Shown: positions 61,244 through 64,000 of the stretch, in pieces
Position numbering within the stretch: the first letter of the stretch is position 1
Layout: the number at the start of each line of letters is the position of its first letter
NCBI GenBank assembly: GCA_027021335.1
Contig: JALUUO010000111.1
Coordinates: 498-64,497 of the forward strand
Direction of reading: 5' to 3'
Origin: Nitrospirota bacterium
Lineage (GTDB): Bacteria > Nitrospirota > Thermodesulfovibrionia > SZUA-242
DNA: 64,000 nucleotides
The notes under the pieces: generated by a model
The model's input: only the letters and a program-made list of their open reading frames with translations
Databases searched by the model: none
Told to the model about the DNA's origin: nothing
Position numbers and translations under genes: made by a program

Positions 61244-63514
61244 TTACTGCGTAGTAAATGTCCTTATCCGGCTCTCTGTGCTTCCTCCGTTACCGTCTTT
61301 TGCCACCACTTTCCATTTATAGGTAGTATTTGGCTGAAATCCTGTTCCCGTATATGTTTCATAGCCTTCGTCATACCCGCCGTTGCCTGTATCTTCTCCA
61401 CCACCGCATGAGATAAACAGCATACTGCTTGTTATGGCCGCGACTGCAAAAATCATTAACATCTTTCTTCTTCCATCTCCAAGAAGAGCTGCTGCCAGCA
61501 TAAATAGGCCAAAGCCGCCGCCTGCATAGTAGTAGAAGCCTTTACTTTCCAGGTAAACTACTGATTCAATTTTACAGTCTGTAAAATCACGATCTTCCTC
61601 ACATGCCAAGAACTCATAAGTAACTTTGTCTCCGTCTAAATCCGTGGAAGGCGCCCATTTGAAAGTTATTGTTTCTCCAAGCCCTGTCTGTCCATCTGAA
61701 GGATAAACAAGTTCCGGAGCGGTCGGAGGATTTCCTGGCGAAGCCGTGATTCCGTCGCAGTTGTTATCAACACCGCCATCGCCATATATTTCTGTTGCGC
61801 CGGGATTAATATCCGGATCTTTATCATTACAATCGCCGCCGCATGTGGTGTAGCCATCGCCGTCAGCATCAAATCCCTCATCAACAGTACCGTCACAGTC
61901 GTTGTCTATATCGTCACACTCTTCTGTCGCACCAGGGTAGATACCTGCGTCAGTATCATCACAGTCGCCGCCACATAGCGGAAACCCGTCGTTGTCAGCA
62001 TCAGAGTCGTCATCATTACTGCTGTTACAGTCGTTATCAATAGCGTCACCACATATTTCACGGACCCCCGGATTGATGTCCGGGTCATTGTCGTTACAAT
62101 CGCCGTCACATGTTGTGTAGCCATCACCATCAACATCAAAACCCTCATCAACAATGCCGTCACAGTTGTTGTCTCGGCCGTCGCATTCTTCTGTTGCGCC
62201 GGGATTAATGTTTGGATCGCTGTCATTGCAATCGCCGCCGCATGTTGTATAGGTATCGCCGTCATCATCCAGGTTCTCATCAACATCACCATCGCAATCG
62301 TTGTCTATAGTGTCACATATTTCTATTGCACCGGGATAAACGTCTGCGTTATTGTCATCACAGTCCACAGGCCCGCAATCTCCACCCTCGATAGCATATC
62401 CGTCACAATCCACATCCGTACATGCCGCATCAATGGTTAAAAGGCGCTGATCAAGTCCGGGTTGTGTGGCATTTGGGCTAAAACCTTTTAAGCTCGTAAG
62501 TGTTGAACGAAGATTCGTTGCAGCGCCCGACCAGATATAGGTTCCCTTTGGAAGGTGCATTTTCAGATTGTATTTATTTACTACCGTGTCGGCAGGAGTA
62601 TCAATATCAATACTTTCACATTCTCCGTAAGTTCCGGTCAAAAAGCTGTATGCACCTACACATACTTCTGTTATGTCGGCATAACCCGTAATCGGGCCGT
62701 CAAAACCGGCAGAAGGCTCCATAATTGTAATTGTAAAATTCACACATGTACTATTTAGCTCGGTAGCTCCATCTATGTCCGGCGTACGAGTAAATATCTG
62801 CGGAGGTTTTTCACCCGCCGCTATAGCCTCTGTGCGCCAGATAGGCAGTCCAAGGTAGTTGCCGTCTTTATCATCTCCTGTGTTGGGAGTGCTGTTCCAC
62901 TCTTGCATACCGCCCAGGTCATTGTCCGGAATGCCGTCACTGTCAATATTAAAAAGGTTGTTAAATGATTCCGTAGTCTTGGTTCTGGCATTGTAAAACG
63001 TCTGTAAATCCATCCATGCCGCCATATAGTAACTCCTGTAACCGGTACGGGATATCAAGTAAATCTCAGTATCAAAGTTGATTACACCGGTAGCAAGAAG
63101 TTCCTCGATAATCTCTTTTACCTCTGCGGGATTTTCCGGCTTTACGTTGCTGTTTTGTGCGTTGCCGGTAATCCACCAGGGCAGAATAATAGGCAGCTTT
63201 TTGGGATCAGGCCGATTATTGACAGATTTGCCTATCATCTTAAGTGTCGGGGTTCCACTGAATGCTCTGTCCGGATCAGGAACGTCCGGATCAGGACAGC
63301 CTGGGTTATCAGCCCATGGCGGATTGCATCCGTAATACTCATCAACCGTACGTGTATCAAACATTACTGCTGTAGAGTCAGTCGCTGTCAGTGCGGCGTA
63401 AGCGTCACCGGCAGAAATACTCGTAAAAGCAGCGTACGAAAAGCGTGGCATAAATAAAAGCAACCCGGCAAATATTAGAAACATTGTAATTGTAACCGTC
63501 TTTTTGATCTTCAT
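61244..63514 (-). CDS. Secreted protein with tandem MopE-type Cys-rich 'putative metal-binding' repeats, an FN3-like C-terminal region and atypical C-terminal hydrophobic segments
   Basis: Signal peptide. At least five repeats of DxDGDGYTTCGGDCNDxDPxINPGAxExCDGxDNDCDGxVDEG. P.LVYPSDG...TFKW...DGDKVTYEF and ...TTYKWKVVAKDGNGG.S...TFTT FN3-like strands. GGAGG RBS. Confidence 0.7.
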   Translation of the reverse strand: MKIKKTVTITMFLIFAGLLLFMPRFSYAAFTSISAGDAYAALTATDSTAVMFDTRTVDEYYGCNPPWADNPGCPDPDVPDPDRAFSGTPTLKMIGKSVNNRPDPKKLPIILPWWITGNAQNSNVKPENPAEVKEIIEELLATGVINFDTEIYLISRTGYRSYYMAAWMDLQTFYNARTKTTESFNNLFNIDSDGIPDNDLGGMQEWNSTPNTGDDKDGNYLGLPIWRTEAIAAGEKPPQIFTRTPDIDGATELNSTCVNFTITIMEPSAGFDGPITGYADITEVCVGAYSFLTGTYGECESIDIDTPADTVVNKYNLKMHLPKGTYIWSGAATNLRSTLTSLKGFSPNATQPGLDQRLLTIDAACTDVDCDGYAIEGGDCGPVDCDDNNADVYPGAIEICDTIDNDCDGDVDENLDDDGDTYTTCGGDCNDSDPNINPGATEECDGRDNNCDGIVDEGFDVDGDGYTTCDGDCNDNDPDINPGVREICGDAIDNDCNSSNDDDSDADNDGFPLCGGDCDDTDAGIYPGATEECDDIDNDCDGTVDEGFDADGDGYTTCGGDCNDKDPDINPGATEIYGDGGVDNNCDGITASPGNPPTAPELVYPSDGQTGLGETITFKWAPSTDLDGDKVTYEFLACEEDRDFTDCKIESVVYLESKGFYYYAGGGFGLFMLAAALLGDGRRKMLMIFAVAAITSSMLFISCGGGEDTGNGGYDEGYETYTGTGFQPNTTYKWKVVAKDGNGGSTESRIRTFTTQ

Positions 63515-63571
63515 AAGCTCGAACCTCCAAACCAGGTAGTCGTTAACCTACTTTATAGCTTATATCCTCAC

Positions 63572-63587
63572 ATTCGTTAAAAGCAAC
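63572..63587 (-). promoter_or_regulatory. Sigma-54 (RpoN) promoter, minus strand: TGGCAC-agacg-TTGCT, ~46 nt upstream of the MopE-repeat gene start codon
   Basis: The reverse complement of 63572-63587 is TGGCACAGACGTTGCT, a near-perfect match to the -24/-12 consensus TGGCAC-N5-TTGCW. Confidence 0.55.
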
Positions 63588-63660
63588 GTCTGTGCCAGGC
63601 TTTTAACTTATTGATTTATCAAGTTTTTTAAAATTAACATATTCTAAAAACAGTAAAAAT

Positions 63661-63814
63661 GTAAAGTTTTACGACAGTATTTTTTTTAGGCTGTTTAGTC
63701 TTTATTTACAATATGTTATAAAAAACATTTCAATATTTTGATTAAAAAATAGGCAATTATTTATAGATTTCATGGAAATACAGTCAAAAAAGTGTAAATT
63801 TTTCCGACAGGTAT
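63661..63814. promoter_or_regulatory. Two copies of a ~20-bp direct repeat (GTAAAGTTTTACGACAGTAT at 63661-63680; GTAAATTTTTCCGACAGGTAT at 63794-63814) in an AT-rich region upstream of the sigma-54 promoter; candidate enhancer sites
   Basis: Read directly. The copies are ~133 bp apart and ~75-230 bp upstream of the -24 element. Confidence 0.35.
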
Positions 63815-64000
63815 AAAAAAAGGGGAGGCAATCTTTATAAACAGCTACATGTTAAAATATATAGAAACACCATAAAAAACAAGCAGTTAAAGTACGCTTA
63901 TAAACTTTTCGCGCAAGAGATACAAACCAGTTTTCCACCTTTAAGGCGTATACGTGGTTCCATGGTTTTTTCTCCGCAGGACGAACAGTGTACAGATGGA

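Noticed and set aside
63901-63963. Tiny minus-strand ORF MEPRIRLKGGKLVCISCAKSL with a GGAGAAAAAA RBS at the right window edge
   Set aside because: It is only 21 codons with no support beyond an RBS-like string, and it lies in an AT-rich regulatory region. It cannot be distinguished from chance.
1-64000. Mobile elements, CRISPR arrays, rRNA, toxin-antitoxin or defence-island signatures
   Set aside because: There are no transposase, integrase or recombinase ORFs and no spaced direct-repeat arrays. Apart from the 20-bp perfect tandem duplication upstream of ispG (reported), no direct or inverted repeats longer than ~20 bp bracket any segment. Gene content is overwhelmingly core housekeeping, so the window looks like stable chromosome rather than an accessory island.

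Overview
This 64 kb window reads as a chromosomal segment of a moderate-GC deltaproteobacterium-like (Desulfobacterota/Myxococcota-type) genome. The lineage guess rests on selA, sigma-54 promoters, pilMNOPQ, MopE-type Cys-rich repeats and a PrsT-like TPR lipoprotein. It is gene-dense, almost entirely housekeeping, with no transposases, integrases, CRISPR arrays or rRNA.

Gene order:
- Left edge: a truncated Wza-like polysaccharide-export gene and a 927-aa TPR lipoprotein (PrsT-like), both on the minus strand.
- tRNA-Leu(CAA), a TlpA-like thioredoxin, radA and ppiC.
- A long co-directional minus-strand cluster: bamD-like TPR lipoprotein, sirC, mscS, pilM-pilN-pilO-pilP-pilQ, then a translationally coupled 163-aa lipoprotein and a 790-aa Big_1/invasin-like Ca-binding lipoprotein.
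- A plus-strand housekeeping block: cca, mltG, ispG, panC, SLT transglycosylase, nadA, MidA-like methyltransferase, prc, M42 peptidase, bioA, flippase-like membrane protein, guaB, guaA, rluB, aspS, degP, yacL-like PIN/TRAM, ispD, ispF.
- A type IV pilus minor-pilin/tip locus: two paralogous FimT/GspH-like pseudopilins, pilV, pilW, pilX, a small secreted protein, a 1725-aa PilY1 homologue with N-terminal He_PIG/cadherin-like repeats plus vWA plus beta-propeller, a cadherin-like lipoprotein and a sulfotransferase.
- aroC, an aroK-aroB fusion, then on the minus strand a TlpA-like lipoprotein, M23 peptidase, yajQ and copA.
- selA and a radC-like JAB protein on the plus strand, and finally a 756-aa secreted protein of MopE-type Cys-rich repeats on the minus strand.

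Most interesting non-standard signals:
- The pilus loci carry unusual accessory proteins.
- A near-perfect sigma-54 promoter with upstream direct repeats drives the MopE-repeat gene.
- A sigma-54-like promoter with an upstream palindrome sits inside the minor-pilin cluster.
- A C7-T9-G11 homopolymer hairpin lies between ppiC and the Big-domain lipoprotein gene.
- In-frame tandem-repeat insertions occur in the essential genes aroC and aspS.
- The MopE-repeat protein has an odd C-terminal sorting-signal-like segment followed by a lipoprotein-signal-like segment.
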